A DNA stretch of 64,000 nt from an uncultured Thermoplasmata archaeon (GTDB lineage: Archaea > Thermoplasmatota > Thermoplasmata > Lutacidiplasmatales > UBA184): positions 10,754 to 74,753 of the forward strand of contig CAWCRH010000006.1 in the NCBI GenBank assembly GCA_963797975.1. Reading direction: 5' to 3'. How positions within the stretch are numbered: position 1 is the first letter of the stretch; each line of letters begins with the position of its first letter. Positions 20,972-33,971 of the stretch are shown here, in pieces. The notes beneath the pieces were generated by a model. That model had not been told where the DNA came from. It searched no databases and worked only from the letters and a program-made list of their open reading frames with translations. The translations under genes were made by a program, and so were the position numbers.

Positions 20972-21724
20972 ATGACCACCAAGATGGAGACCGTCTCGCT
21001 GAACGCGGGATTCGGGAACAAGTGGGTGCTCCACGACGTGAGCCTGGCCATCCCCGAACACGCGGTGACCGCGATCATCGGCCCGTCCGGGTGCGGAAAG
21101 ACGACGATCCTACGCTGCCTCAACCGGCTGCACGAGGAGACACCTCAGGCCCGTCGCACCGGCCAGGTGCTCTTAGACGGCCGGAACATCGACCATCAGG
21201 ACGTCACCAGCGTTCGATGCCGGGTGGGCATGGTCTTCCAGCGCCCGACGCCTTTCCCGCACATGTCGATCTACAACAACGTGGCGGCGGGGCCCCGACT
21301 CCTCGGCGTGCCGCCAGGCCCGATACGCGACCGGGCGGTCGTTTCTGCCCTCGTACAGGCCGGTCTCTTTGAGGAGGTCGCCGAGAACATCGACGCGCTG
21401 GGCACGAGCCTCTCGGGGGGCCAGCAGCAGCGACTGTGCATAGCGCGAGCCCTCGCGGTCGAGCCCGAGGTCCTCCTCATGGACGAACCGTGCTCAGCGC
21501 TCGACCCGCTCTCGACCGAGCGGATCGAGAGCCTGATCGCACACCTCAAGGAGCGCTACACCCTCGTGGTCGTCACGCACAACCTGGCCCAGGCCAAGCG
21601 CATCGCCGACCGGACCGCGTTCTTCCACCTGGGCCGATTGGTCGAGGTGGGGACGACCCGCAAGATCTTCGAAGAACCGAAGGAGACACTCACCGCGAAC
21701 TACGTTAGCGGCCGGTTCGGCTGA
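20972..21724 (+). CDS. pstB: Phosphate ABC transporter ATPase
   Basis: GPSGCGKT, LSGGQQQRLCIARAL, MDEPCSALDP, YVSGRFG. Confidence 0.96.
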   Translation: MTTKMETVSLNAGFGNKWVLHDVSLAIPEHAVTAIIGPSGCGKTTILRCLNRLHEETPQARRTGQVLLDGRNIDHQDVTSVRCRVGMVFQRPTPFPHMSIYNNVAAGPRLLGVPPGPIRDRAVVSALVQAGLFEEVAENIDALGTSLSGGQQQRLCIARALAVEPEVLLMDEPCSALDPLSTERIESLIAHLKERYTLVVVTHNLAQAKRIADRTAFFHLGRLVEVGTTRKIFEEPKETLTANYVSGRFG

Positions 21725-21838
21725 GACTCGGACGTCGGTCCGCCCATGTCGGTGCTGTTTCTGCATGCACTGGGGACAAGCGCCCGCAGCTTTCGGGCTA
21801 AATACTCCCCCCGGGCTGGTCCGGTCCGAGGAGAAGGA

Positions 21839-22570
21839 ATGGACCCAGTCGATCAGGCGCGCGAGTGGTCCCAGGTCCTTGAGGGAGAGGGGCCGCCGCG
21901 CGTGGTCCGATGGTCGGTCGAGACGTTCGGGCCGAAGCTCGCGATCGGATCGAGCTTCGGGCGCGACGGGTTGGTCGTCCTCGACCTGGCACGGCAACTC
22001 GCTCCGGCCATCCCCGTCCTCTTCCTCGAGACGGGCTACCACTTCCCCGAGACCTTACGGTTCCGTGACGAGCTCAAAGCGAGGTGGGATCTGCGGGTCG
22101 TCGACGTTCGCCCAGAGCTTTCGGTCGCGGAGCAGGATGCGCGCTACGGCCCCGAGCTCTACGCGCGCGACCCGGACGCCTGCTGCGCGATGCGAAAGGT
22201 CGCCCCACTTCAGAAGGCGCTCCAACCGTACTCCGCGTGGATGACCGGCGTGCGTCGCGACCAGCACGCGGGGCGCGCCGAGACGCCGGTAGTGGAGTGG
22301 CAGGAGCTCGCGGGAGGCCACGGCGTTTACAAGATCAACCCGATGGTGGCGTGGTCGCGGTCCGACGTGGATGACTACGTGCGCGACCACCAGCTCCCGG
22401 CCCATCCCCTCTGGGCGAAAGGGTACCCCAGTGTAGGCTGCGCCCCGTGCACCTCCCAGGTCCGTCCGGGAGCCTCGGAGCGGTCCGGTCGCTGGGTGAC
22501 GAGCGGAAAGACCGAGTGTGGAATCAATGTCGTGGGCGTTCATCGCCCTCCGGCTTCCGGAGCGCCCTGA
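21839..22570 (+). CDS. cysH: APS/PAPS reductase, Fe-S type
   Basis: LETGYHF, CCAMRK, GYPSVGCAPCT, RSGRW, KTECG. Confidence 0.93.
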   Translation: MDPVDQAREWSQVLEGEGPPRVVRWSVETFGPKLAIGSSFGRDGLVVLDLARQLAPAIPVLFLETGYHFPETLRFRDELKARWDLRVVDVRPELSVAEQDARYGPELYARDPDACCAMRKVAPLQKALQPYSAWMTGVRRDQHAGRAETPVVEWQELAGGHGVYKINPMVAWSRSDVDDYVRDHQLPAHPLWAKGYPSVGCAPCTSQVRPGASERSGRWVTSGKTECGINVVGVHRPPASGAP

Positions 22571-22571
22571 G

Positions 22572-23735
22572 ATGCTTCCCGAGGCCTACGGCGGCCGGCT
22601 CGTGGACCGGCAGCTCCCGGAAAGAGAGCGGGACCGCCGAGAAGCCGAACTCCCCGCTCTTCCCCAGCTTCGGCCCGAGATCGACCTCGTCTACGACGCG
22701 GAGAAGATCGGGATCGGGGCGTACAGTCCGCTCGAAGGGTTCATGGATTCCGCGACCTTGGACTCGGTGCTGCGCCGCGGACGCCTACCGAGCGGCCTTC
22801 CCTGGTCGATGCCGATCCACTTCGCCCCCGGCGGCGCTGAGAACGCCGCCCTCGTCGATCGCGTCCGTGTCGGGGACGCGGTAGCGATCCTGGACGGCGG
22901 TAGCCGCCCGGTCGCCGTCTTGCACGTGGAGGAGAAGTATCGGATCGACCGAGGCGCGATCGCGCGGTCGACCTACGGGACCGACGACCCGAAGCACCCG
23001 AACGTTGCGGACCTCTTCGCCGGGGGCGAGGTCGCCCTCGCCGGAAAGGTCGACCTCCTACGGCGCCTCGCGCTACCGGCCGGTCGGTTCGAGCTGACGC
23101 CGGCGGAGACCCGGGAGGAATTCGCGCGCCGGGGTTGGTCCAACGTCGCCGCGTACCAGTGCCGCAATCCCCCACACACCGCCCACGAGTACCTCCAGCG
23201 GACCACGCTCGAGCGGGAAGAGGTCGATGGTCTCTTCGTCCATCCGGTCGTCGGGCGGCTCAAGCATGGGGATTACCGCCCGGACGTGATCATGCGGGCG
23301 TACGAGGCGCTGCTCGAGCACTACTACCCGAAGGAGCGCGTGCTCCTGAGCGCTCTCTCGATCACGATGCGCTACGGCGGCCCGAAGGCGACGCTCTTTC
23401 TCGCGATCGTCCGACGGAACTATGGATGCGCGTCGTACATCGTAGGACGGGACCAGGCCGGGGTGGGCAACTATTACGAGCCCTACGCCTGCCAACGCAT
23501 CTTTGATGAGTTCGATATCGGCGTCCGGCCGCTCCGCTACGCGGAATCGTTCTACTGCCGCGCGTGCGCCGGCATGGCGAGCGCCCGGACCTGTGCCCAC
23601 CCGGTGAGCGAGCGGATCGCCACGAGCCAGAGCGCGATCCGCCAGGCCCTCGCTTCGGGGGCGCCGATCCCCGCGGACGTGCTTCGGCCCGAGGTCGCCG
23701 CCATCCTCCGAGGGCCGAACGTCCTGGAGGAGTGA
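22572..23735 (+). CDS. sat: Sulfate adenylyltransferase
   Basis: YSPLEGFM, QCRNPPHTAHE, MRYGGP, RNYG, VGRD. Confidence 0.92.
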   Translation: MLPEAYGGRLVDRQLPERERDRREAELPALPQLRPEIDLVYDAEKIGIGAYSPLEGFMDSATLDSVLRRGRLPSGLPWSMPIHFAPGGAENAALVDRVRVGDAVAILDGGSRPVAVLHVEEKYRIDRGAIARSTYGTDDPKHPNVADLFAGGEVALAGKVDLLRRLALPAGRFELTPAETREEFARRGWSNVAAYQCRNPPHTAHEYLQRTTLEREEVDGLFVHPVVGRLKHGDYRPDVIMRAYEALLEHYYPKERVLLSALSITMRYGGPKATLFLAIVRRNYGCASYIVGRDQAGVGNYYEPYACQRIFDEFDIGVRPLRYAESFYCRACAGMASARTCAHPVSERIATSQSAIRQALASGAPIPADVLRPEVAAILRGPNVLEE

Positions 23736-23742
23736 ACGACCG

Positions 23743-24288
23743 ATGCCGACGACCGCGCCCGGGTTCTGTCTATGGCTCACCGGCCTACCGAGCTCCGGCA
23801 AGACCACGATCGCACGGGAGCTCGCCCCGCTGCTTCGAGAGCGAGGCTGGCCCGTGGAGCTCTTGGACGGGGACGAGATCCGTAAAGGCCTGAGCTCCGA
23901 CCTTGGGTTCGACCGCGCTTCGAGGGAGTCGCACGCGCGGCGCGTCACCTACGTCGCGAAGGTCCTGGTCCGAGCGGGGGCGGTGCCGATCGTCGCTCTC
24001 ATCAGCCCGTACCGGGTCTCGCGCGAGTACGCCCGCCGGGAGATCGGCCGGTTCGTCGAGGTCTACGTGAACACGCCGATCGATGTCTGCGAGTCCCGTG
24101 ACGTGAAGGGGCTGTACCGCCGGGCCCGAGCCGGCGAGATCCGAGAAATGACCGGGGTCGACGACCCGTATGAACCGCCCGAGGCCGCGGAGATCGTCGT
24201 CGACACCGTCGACCGCCCTCCGGCCGAGGCCGCCGTGGGGATCCTTCGGGACCTCGACCGGGACGGCTGGCTCGCCCGCCCCCGGTAA
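23743..24288 (+). CDS. cysC: Adenylyl-sulfate kinase
   Basis: WLTGLPSSGKT, LDGDEIR, RDVKGLY, TGVDDPYE. Confidence 0.96.
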   Translation: MPTTAPGFCLWLTGLPSSGKTTIARELAPLLRERGWPVELLDGDEIRKGLSSDLGFDRASRESHARRVTYVAKVLVRAGAVPIVALISPYRVSREYARREIGRFVEVYVNTPIDVCESRDVKGLYRRARAGEIREMTGVDDPYEPPEAAEIVVDTVDRPPAEAAVGILRDLDRDGWLARPR

Positions 24289-24324
24289 GGGGTAGGCCCT
24301 CTCCCGGCTTCGGACGGCCTCGCC

Positions 24325-24762
24325 CTACGGGATCGCCCTTAGGCGCTGGATCATCTTCACGACGGCTCGGACGGCGTTCGCCGCGTTCTCGATGCGGTCT
24401 TGCGCCTGGAGCCGGGTCTCACCCGGACCCGTCACTCCGAGCCCGACCGGCTTGCCCGAATCGACCGCGAGGTCGGCGAGCTTACGCGCGGCCTGTTGCA
24501 TCACGACCTCGTCGTGCTGCGTCTCGCCCTCGATCACGGCGCCGATCGCAACGACCGCGTCCACATCCTTGCGTCCGAGCAGGACCTTGGCGGCCAGCGG
24601 TAGGTCGAAGACCCCCGGCGTCTTCACGACTGGGCCCAACCGGGCGCCCAGGAAGCTGACCTCTTCCTTCGCGCGTTCGAGCATCGCGAACGTCACGTCG
24701 AAGTTGTACTCGCTCGCCACGATCGCTACGCAGATCCCCTGATTCCCTTCGTTCTTCGCCAT
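24325..24762 (-). CDS. ribH: 6,7-dimethyl-8-ribityllumazine synthase
   Basis: IVASEYN, PGVFDLP, GAVIEGETQHD, KPVGLGVTGPG. Confidence 0.93.
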   Translation of the reverse strand: MAKNEGNQGICVAIVASEYNFDVTFAMLERAKEEVSFLGARLGPVVKTPGVFDLPLAAKVLLGRKDVDAVVAIGAVIEGETQHDEVVMQQAARKLADLAVDSGKPVGLGVTGPGETRLQAQDRIENAANAVRAVVKMIQRLRAIP

Positions 24763-24812
24763 CGTTTGTTCCTGGTGGACTGTGATCGATCCCGGCTCGT
24801 CGCCCGCGACGC

Positions 24813-25707
<895 letters not shown>

Positions 25708-25720
<13 letters not shown>

Positions 25721-26436
25721 GAGTCCCACGCCCGCCGGATCGCTTCCCCCGTCAAGAACGGCCAGCCGTGGTCTTGGGCGTACTTACGCGCCGCGGCCGG
25801 CGAACGGGCCCCTCCGGAGTCCCCGAGCATCTCGCAGACCGTGACGGACTCGCTGAGGTGGGCCATCCGGGCGAGCGAGATGGTGAGCTCCGTATGGCCC
25901 TTTCGCTCGCTGAGGAGACCCCCCGCCGCGTAGATCAACGGCACGTGTCCTGGGCTGACGAAGGAGGAGGTGAATCGCGTGCGGAGGCTCGCGGCGTCCA
26001 CGCGGCGGACGCTCGCGGCGATCTCACCGACGGTACGGATCGTCAACGCTCGCTCATTGTCCGAGACACCGGTATAGTTCTCTCGGTGGTTGATGGTGAT
26101 CCCGAACGCGCTTCGGCGGTCGTAGCGGGGCCGGTCGGTGAGCGCTCCGAGGATCGGGTAGGCCGGTCGCGCGACGTTCAGAAGTTCATGAGCGAAGGGG
26201 AGCCCGAGCTCGGTGCGGAGCTCGTCGGATATCGCCGTGCAGATGAGGCCGCCGGCGTCCCGGCGTTGGAGGTGGACGAGTTCGGGAGTGGCCCTTTCGC
26301 TGAGGAATACGAGGTCGGTCTCTCCTTCACGTTCGGGGGCGTCGTAGACGAGGGCGGGCTCCCCCGCGGCCAGCGCGCGCACCGCCCGCTCGATCTCGGT
26401 GTCCTCAAGCTCGGCAGGGCGCGAAGCCGCCATCAT
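25708..26436 (-). CDS. ribB: 3,4-dihydroxy-2-butanone-4-phosphate synthase
   Basis: REGETDL, GGLIC, TGVSDNERALT, PGHV, RKGHTE, CEML. Confidence 0.95.
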
Positions 26437-26510
26437 CGATCGCGTCGACCTTTTCAGAGTTAATAAGTAAAGCGTAGGTAATCGAAAATGGGTTGATAGC
26501 CCGAAGGGTC

Positions 26511-26526
26511 GGAGAGAGAGTGCGAA
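26511..26526. repeat. 16-bp inverted repeat arm (partner at 28155-28170); 16S precursor processing stem
   Basis: GGAGAGAGAGTGCGAA is the exact reverse complement of TTCGCACTCTCTCTCC at 28155-28170. Confidence 0.85.
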
Positions 26527-26582
26527 AACGGTCCGCGCACGGATTGCGACCTCACTCGGCCCTCCGTCTGGAGGGCGCGTTT

Positions 26583-28050
<1,468 letters not shown>

Positions 28051-28154
28051 TCTACGCACACTCGTGCGTGGGAATACTTCGTGAATCGCAACCGATCTTC
28101 GCTGACTGGCGGAATTGCTCTTTTGCATCGACTGAGCTCTTTCGCGTACGTTAC

Positions 28155-28170
28155 TTCGCACTCTCTCTCC
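28155..28170. repeat. 16-bp inverted repeat arm (partner at 26511-26526)
   Basis: Exact reverse complement pair flanking the 16S gene. Confidence 0.85.
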
Positions 28171-28358
28171 TGTCGGTCCCGAGAGGTCGCTTCCCGTTGC
28201 CAGGAAGGAGTTCTCGGGGCCCCACGCCCCATCGGGCCATCTGTGGCGCCGCCTTGGAAGAGGCCGGATCACCGAGTCCCCGGCTCGCCGTGGCTGCGCC
28301 GCCTCGCCCCGCTCCCGTGAGGGAGAAGGGTAGGCCGAACGAACCAAGAGAGGGGCGA

Positions 28359-28365
28359 TATTTAA
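28359..28365 (-). promoter_or_regulatory. TATA box of 16S rRNA promoter
   Basis: TTAAATA on the minus strand about 310 nt upstream of mature 16S, overlapping the HAD gene stop codon. Confidence 0.55.
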
Positions 28366-29093
28366 GCGCGGCGCCGAGGATAGAGCCCCTCGCGCCCTTC
28401 GAGGCGGCGGACCCAGCTGGGGACCTCTAAGAGGGAGGTGACCTCGGGCGGGTCGACGTTGAACGCCGTTCCCCGTCGGTGGAGCCACACCGAACGGATC
28501 CCGGCCCGTCGGGCGGCGATCGCGTCCGTGAACGCGAGGTTGCCTACGTAGAACGCCTCGGAGGCGGGGACCTTCGCGCGCAGGAGGGCCCGGGCGAACA
28601 TCTCGGGCGACGGTTTTGCGACCCCCTCACTTCCCGAGCTCGTCACGGTCTGGAAGTACGGGAGGATCCCGCCTCGGTCGAGGAGACGGCGCGCGCTCGC
28701 CTCCGAGCTCGAGTTGGAGATGACGCCGAGCGTTCGTCCCTCCACCTGGAGCTCGTCCAGACAGCGACGCACGTCGGAAAAGACCCGAACCGGGCGTTCC
28801 GAACGTCGTAGCTCATGGAGGAACTTCTCGGCGGTCGTCGCGCTCACGTCTCGTCCGCTCGCCCGGGCGAGCGTACGCTGCCAGAACTCCGCCGCGCCCA
28901 CGGGCTGGTCCGTGTCGGTCTCGACCTCGACCTCGTCAAAGGCGTGGGCGAGCTCGTCGGCGTCGAAATCGAAGTAGAGACGGCGGGCGAGATCGCTCCA
29001 CGCGAGGTAGTCACGCTCGTCGATGAGCGTCCCCCCGAGGTCGAAGAAGACCGCGCGGAGCCGAACGGGGCTTGCGTCCACGTTCTCGGGCAT
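28362..29093 (-). CDS. HAD-superfamily hydrolase
   Basis: FFDLGGTL, VISNS, KPSPEMF, YVGN...D. Confidence 0.9.
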   Translation of the reverse strand: MPENVDASPVRLRAVFFDLGGTLIDERDYLAWSDLARRLYFDFDADELAHAFDEVEVETDTDQPVGAAEFWQRTLARASGRDVSATTAEKFLHELRRSERPVRVFSDVRRCLDELQVEGRTLGVISNSSSEASARRLLDRGGILPYFQTVTSSGSEGVAKPSPEMFARALLRAKVPASEAFYVGNLAFTDAIAARRAGIRSVWLHRRGTAFNVDPPEVTSLLEVPSWVRRLEGREGLYPRRRA

Positions 29094-29130
29094 CGCCCGC
29101 CTCGTTTAGCGTTACGGGAGCAGGAACGCC

Positions 29131-29556
29131 TCAGGCGACGCTCACGCTCACGATGTCCGAATGGCGCACGAGGATGGCCCGGGCGATCTTGAGGTTCTTT
29201 CCCTGCTTTCCGATCGCCCGGGCCTTCCACGCCGGGTCGACGTGGACCGTCACGTGCCGCCCGGTCCCCTTCACGCTCAAGTCGACCGAGACCGGATGAT
29301 ACGCGAAGAAGATGTTCATCGCGAGCGCGGCCGGGTCCTCTGCGAAGGCGACGACCATCAGCTCCTTCTTGAGCAGGCTCTTCAGCCGCTCGATACGCAC
29401 CCCGGACGGTCCCACGGCCTTCGGCAGGTCCCCCGGCTCGACCAAGAAGATGACCTTGTCCTCCGCCGAGAGGCAATCGCGCACCCGGGCTTCGGTGGCC
29501 TCCTCGAAAAGGCGCATGAGGGCGAGGGTCTCGTTGTCGAGCGTGATGTCGACCAT
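29131..29556 (-). CDS. nusA: Archaeal NusA (KH domains)
   Basis: KAVGPSG, AIGKQGKN; position in rpo operon. Confidence 0.92.
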   Translation of the reverse strand: MVDITLDNETLALMRLFEEATEARVRDCLSAEDKVIFLVEPGDLPKAVGPSGVRIERLKSLLKKELMVVAFAEDPAALAMNIFFAYHPVSVDLSVKGTGRHVTVHVDPAWKARAIGKQGKNLKIARAILVRHSDIVSVSVA

Positions 29557-29592
29557 GGATCGAGCGGGTCCCGGCTCCCCCCGAGGGAGACC

Positions 29593-29883
29593 CTACACGA
29601 TCTCGAGGGTGAGGAGCGCGCTCTGGCCGGGGTCGATGACCGCCATCGCGCTGATCGGGTGCGGTCGGCCGCACGCTTGGCCTAGCTCGACCGCCGTCCC
29701 GGGGTAGTGGTAGATCGGGACGGCCGCGATGGTCCGTTCGTGGAGCAGCTTACGGTCCGGACAGCTGGAGGCGACGATCACGAGCCGGGCCTTCTTCGAC
29801 TCGGCCGCCTCCTTCGTCTGGGCAAGTCCGATGGACACGGTCCCGGTCTCGAGAGCGACCTTGAGCGCGTGCGCGAGGTCCAT
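29593..29883 (-). CDS. rpl30e: 50S ribosomal protein L30e
   Basis: ELGQACGRPH, DPGQS. Confidence 0.93.
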   Translation of the reverse strand: MDLAHALKVALETGTVSIGLAQTKEAAESKKARLVIVASSCPDRKLLHERTIAAVPIYHYPGTAVELGQACGRPHPISAMAVIDPGQSALLTLEIV

Positions 29884-31176
29884 CTACGCGGCCTCCTCTT
29901 CGGCCTTGGGCGGCTCGGCGGCCTTCGGGAGGTGCGCGACGGACGGGCGGTAGACGAGGTTCACCGCGCCCGTTCCGAGCGTGATCGGCTGACCGACGAT
30001 GATGTTCTCGGCGACCCCCTTGAGCTCGTCGGTCTCCCCCGTGATCGCGGCGTGCAGAAGGTGGGCCGCCGTGATCTCGAAGGCGGCGCGCGCGAGCACG
30101 CTGCTCTTCTTGCCCGAGATCCCGTGGCGACCGATCGCGCGGATGTCCCCTTCGTTGGTCATGACGTCGGCGACCAGCATCAGGTGACGGAGGTCGACGG
30201 AGAGCCCCTGCTCTGCGAGCGTCCGGTTCGCCTCGTGGATGAGCGCGTGACGCGCGGCCTCCACCCCGAAGACGCGATAGATCTCGAACACGGAGTTCGT
30301 CGTCGTCCGGGACGCGTCGACACCCGGGATCTCGAGAACGGCCTCGAGGTTCGACCCTTCTGTGTAGATCACGTATTCGTCCTTCTCGCGGCGAATGAGG
30401 GCGCGGCGGATACCGGCGATGCCCTGGATGCGCGTCGCCTTCGCGTCCTCGCTCGCCTGCAAGAGCTTGCGGAACGGCATCTCCTCGACCGGTTCGTCCT
30501 TCTTCGCGCGCGGGGGCGCCTCGGGCTTCTCCTTGAGCATGATCTCGATTGAGCGCGCTTCCCCGGAGCCCGAGCCGGGCCGGATCTCGAAGAGGCGGCT
30601 ATCGAGCGACTCGTTCAGGGCCCGCTCGATGTCCGCCCGCTGGACACCCCGAGCCTTCAGGAGCTCGACGTGCGGGCTGATCACGACCTTCAGCTGTTCG
30701 ACGACCGTCCCGACGGCCGCGACGTCGGGGACGTCGGTGACCTCGACCTGCAGCGCGATCGACTGGACCTTCGCCCGGTCCTTGCGCTGCGCCGGAAGGA
30801 CGTAGACCGTCATCATGGGGGTGGATGGGACCCTCCGCGCGTCGACCAGCTCGATGAGCCGCGGGAGCCCGAGCGTGACGTTCATCTCGGCGACGCCCGC
30901 GTAGTGGAACGTGCGTAGCGTCATCTGCGTACCGGGTTCGCCGATCGATTGCGCCGCGATGATCCCGACCGACTCGTGGGGGTCGACCAAGGCCCTGCGG
31001 AAACGGTCGGCGACCGCCTCGATCGCCTTGGTCATCTCCGCCGGCGGGAGCTTGAGCCGAACAAGGTTGTTCTTGAGCTCCTGGGTCAGCGACGGGGGGA
31101 AGCGAAGGCCCTCGCGGTGCACGATCTCTTCGATACGCGCCTGGATCGGCTCGCGCGGCGGTTTCTCCTCGGGCAT
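29884..31176 (-). CDS. rpoA2: RNA polymerase subunit A'' (Rpo1C)
   Basis: [37 protein letters not shown]. Confidence 0.97.
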   Translation of the reverse strand: MPEEKPPREPIQARIEEIVHREGLRFPPSLTQELKNNLVRLKLPPAEMTKAIEAVADRFRRALVDPHESVGIIAAQSIGEPGTQMTLRTFHYAGVAEMNVTLGLPRLIELVDARRVPSTPMMTVYVLPAQRKDRAKVQSIALQVEVTDVPDVAAVGTVVEQLKVVISPHVELLKARGVQRADIERALNESLDSRLFEIRPGSGSGEARSIEIMLKEKPEAPPRAKKDEPVEEMPFRKLLQASEDAKATRIQGIAGIRRALIRREKDEYVIYTEGSNLEAVLEIPGVDASRTTTNSVFEIYRVFGVEAARHALIHEANRTLAEQGLSVDLRHLMLVADVMTNEGDIRAIGRHGISGKKSSVLARAAFEITAAHLLHAAITGETDELKGVAENIIVGQPITLGTGAVNLVYRPSVAHLPKAAEPPKAEEEAA

Positions 31177-31178
31177 GT

Positions 31179-33959
31179 TCACTCCCCCCCGAAATCCGTG
31201 CTCTCTTCCGGGGTGCCGACGTCATCGCTCTCCTCTTCTTCGGCCTCCTCTTCCAGAAGCGCCTCCGCTTGGAGGTCCATCTCCTCCTCGGTGACCGGGG
31301 GCGGTGAACCGGTTCCGGACCGTCCATCTCGTTCGGACGCACGCGATGGCCGAGCACCCGCGAGAGGATCTCCTCGACCGCGACCGCGTGACCGTTGTAG
31401 CTGCGCGTGGGGTCGACGCCGTCCTCGCCGTACTGGTACTCGATCACGGTGCCGGCGGTGTTGCGAACCGTTCCGTCCTCGACCACCTTGAGGTCCTCGA
31501 GAGCGTTGATCAGACGGCGCTGCATGTAGCCCGAGCGGCTCGTCCGCACGGCGGTGTCGACGAGCGATTCCCGCCCGCCCATCGAGTGGAAGAAGTACCT
31601 CCGTCGGGCTCAGTCCGTGCTTGTAGCTCGAGCTCACGAACCCGCGCGCATCCGCGCCCAGGTCGCCGCGCGCGAAATGCGGGAGCGTCCGGTTGTAGAA
31701 CCCGCGCATCAGGCGCTCGCCGCGCACCGATTGCTGCCCGACGGCTCCGGCCATTTGCGTCAGGTTGAGCATCGAGCCGCGCGCGCCGCTCTTCGCGAGG
31801 ATCACCGCGGGGTTCTCGAGTCCCAGATAGCGGCCGGCGATCTCCCCGGCCGCGTCGCGCGCCTTGCCCAGCTCGCGACGAACCATGACCTCGAGCGTTT
31901 CCTCGAGCGAGCGTCCGGGCATCTGCTCGAGCTCCCCCGCGCGGTACTGCTCGACGAGCTCGTTGACCGTGACGCGCGCGGTCTCGAGCGACTTGGCGAT
32001 CTCGCGCCGAGCGAGCTCGGGCACGTCCTCATCGTCGATCCCCGTGGACAGGCCCTTGAGACCGATCGCCGTGATCGCGAGCCGGCTCATCTCATCCAGG
32101 AACTCGCGCGCGCGCGCCATGCCATAGTTACGGGCGATCGCGTCCAGAACGGCGCCCTTTTCGTAGGCGATCGCTTTCTTGTCGATCGTACCCGCCTTGA
32201 GCACCCCGTTCTCGATGATGACCGTAGAGTCGTGCTTACAGTGAGCCGGCGGGCAGTCGCACTTCGACCAGATGTTCGAGTGGAACTGGAGCGAGAGGTC
32301 CTTGGGCAAGGTGAGGCTGAAGAGCTGTTTGCCGGTCCAGAATGGCACTCCGTCCTTGTCGCGCCCGGCCGGGGGAGGCTCCGGGTAGCGGACCTTGCTC
32401 AGGAGGTAAGCGACCTCGCTCTGGTTGAACGTGGGGTTCTGGTAGGTCAGTAAGAACGCCGCGGTGATGTGGTCGTGAAGCATCCCGATGATCGGTCCGC
32501 CGTAGCGGGGCGACATGATGTGCTCCTCGACCTTCATCAGGACCTTTGCCTCGGCGCGGGCCTCCTGGCTCTGGAGCACGTGCAGGTTCATCTCGTCGCC
32601 ATCGAAGTCCGCGTTGTAGGGCGTACAGTCGCACAGATTGAATCGGAAGGTCTTGTGCGGCAGGATGCGAACGAAGTGGGCCATCATGCTCATCCGATGC
32701 AGGCTCGGCTGCCGGTTGAACAGCACGATGTCGCCGTCCACGAGCTGGCGCTCGACGATGCCAGCCGGGGGTAACGAGCTCGGCACATGCCTCGGCGTTC
32801 TTCTCCATCACCTTGATCCGCTGGCCATCGTCGCGCACCAGGTAGTTGACCCCGCAGCGGTAGCGCCCGTCCTCGTTGGGAGCGGGATTGGGCCCGCGCT
32901 GCACGAGCTCCTTCGCGACCGGCTGGTTGTGCACGGTGACCTCGAGCGGGACGGTGAGGCCGCGGGCGACCTCCATGGGAACGCCCACCTCGTTGATGGA
33001 GAGAAGCGGGTCGGGGCTGATGACCGTTCGGGCCGAGAAGTTCACGCGCTTACCGGACAGGTTCGACCGGAACCGACCGTCCTTGCCCTTGAGCCGCTGC
33101 GCGAGGGTCTTGAGCGGGCGGCCGGACCGGTGGCGGGCCGGAGGGATCCCGCTGGTCTGGTTGTCGAAGTAGGTCGTGATATGGTACTGCAGAAGCTCCC
33201 AGAGGTCCTCCACGACCAGCTGGGGCGCGCCCATGTCGCGGTTCTCGCGCAGCCGTTGGTTGATCCGCAGGACGTCGACCAGCTTGTGGGTAAGGTCGTC
33301 CTCGCTTCGCTCTCCGCTGTCGAGGGTGATCGAGGGGCGGACCTGCACGGGCGGGACCGGCAGGACGGTGAGGACCATCCACTCCGCAGGCCGAACTTCG
33401 GCTCGAGCCCGAGGTCGCGGACGTCTTCGTCCGGGATCCGCTCGAGGCGAGCGCGGACCTCCTTGGGAGTGATCTTGTGCCCGCTCTCGCGGAACGTGGT
33501 CGGTTTGTCGAGCAGGATGCGCTGCTGGATCTCGTGGCAGTGCGGGCAGCTTCGTTCCTCTTTCGTCTCCCGGGTGCGGGGGGCGCCCTCTTCGCTATCG
33601 GCCGACGATTCGGACCGCGGGCTCGGGGCGTCCGGTAGCCGGCGGCCGCACGCGCGGCAGGTCGACTGCAGTAGCCGCTTGATCTCCTTCGCATAGCCGA
33701 CGTGGATCACCGGCATCGCGAGCTCGATGATCCCGAAGTGGCCCGGGCATTCGTTGACCCGGCCGCCGCACGTGCGGCAGCGCAGGTTCGGCTCGATGAC
33801 CCCGAGGTGAAGGTCCATCAGGCCCATCTCGATGGGAAACCCGTCGTCGTCGTACGTGTCCGCTGTGATGATCTTGATCGCGCTCATCCGCCGGATCTCG
33901 TCCGGCGAGAGGAAGGCGAACTGCAGGCTCTTGATCTTCTTGGAGAGACCCTGTGCCAT
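31179..33959 (-). CDS. rpoA1: RNA polymerase subunit A' (Rpo1N), three apparent frameshifts (about 33385, 32770, 31600)
   Basis: [50 protein letters not shown] distributed over four ORFs. Confidence 0.95.
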
Positions 33960-33971
33960 ATTCGGTCCCTC

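Noticed and set aside
28170..28345. GC-rich hairpins in the 16S leader as a separate ncRNA (SRP or RNase P)
   Set aside because: No SRP helix 8 or RNase P P4 consensus found
31179..33959. Novel multi-way split of RpoA'
   Set aside because: Breaks fall within conserved regions and each is repaired by a one-base change
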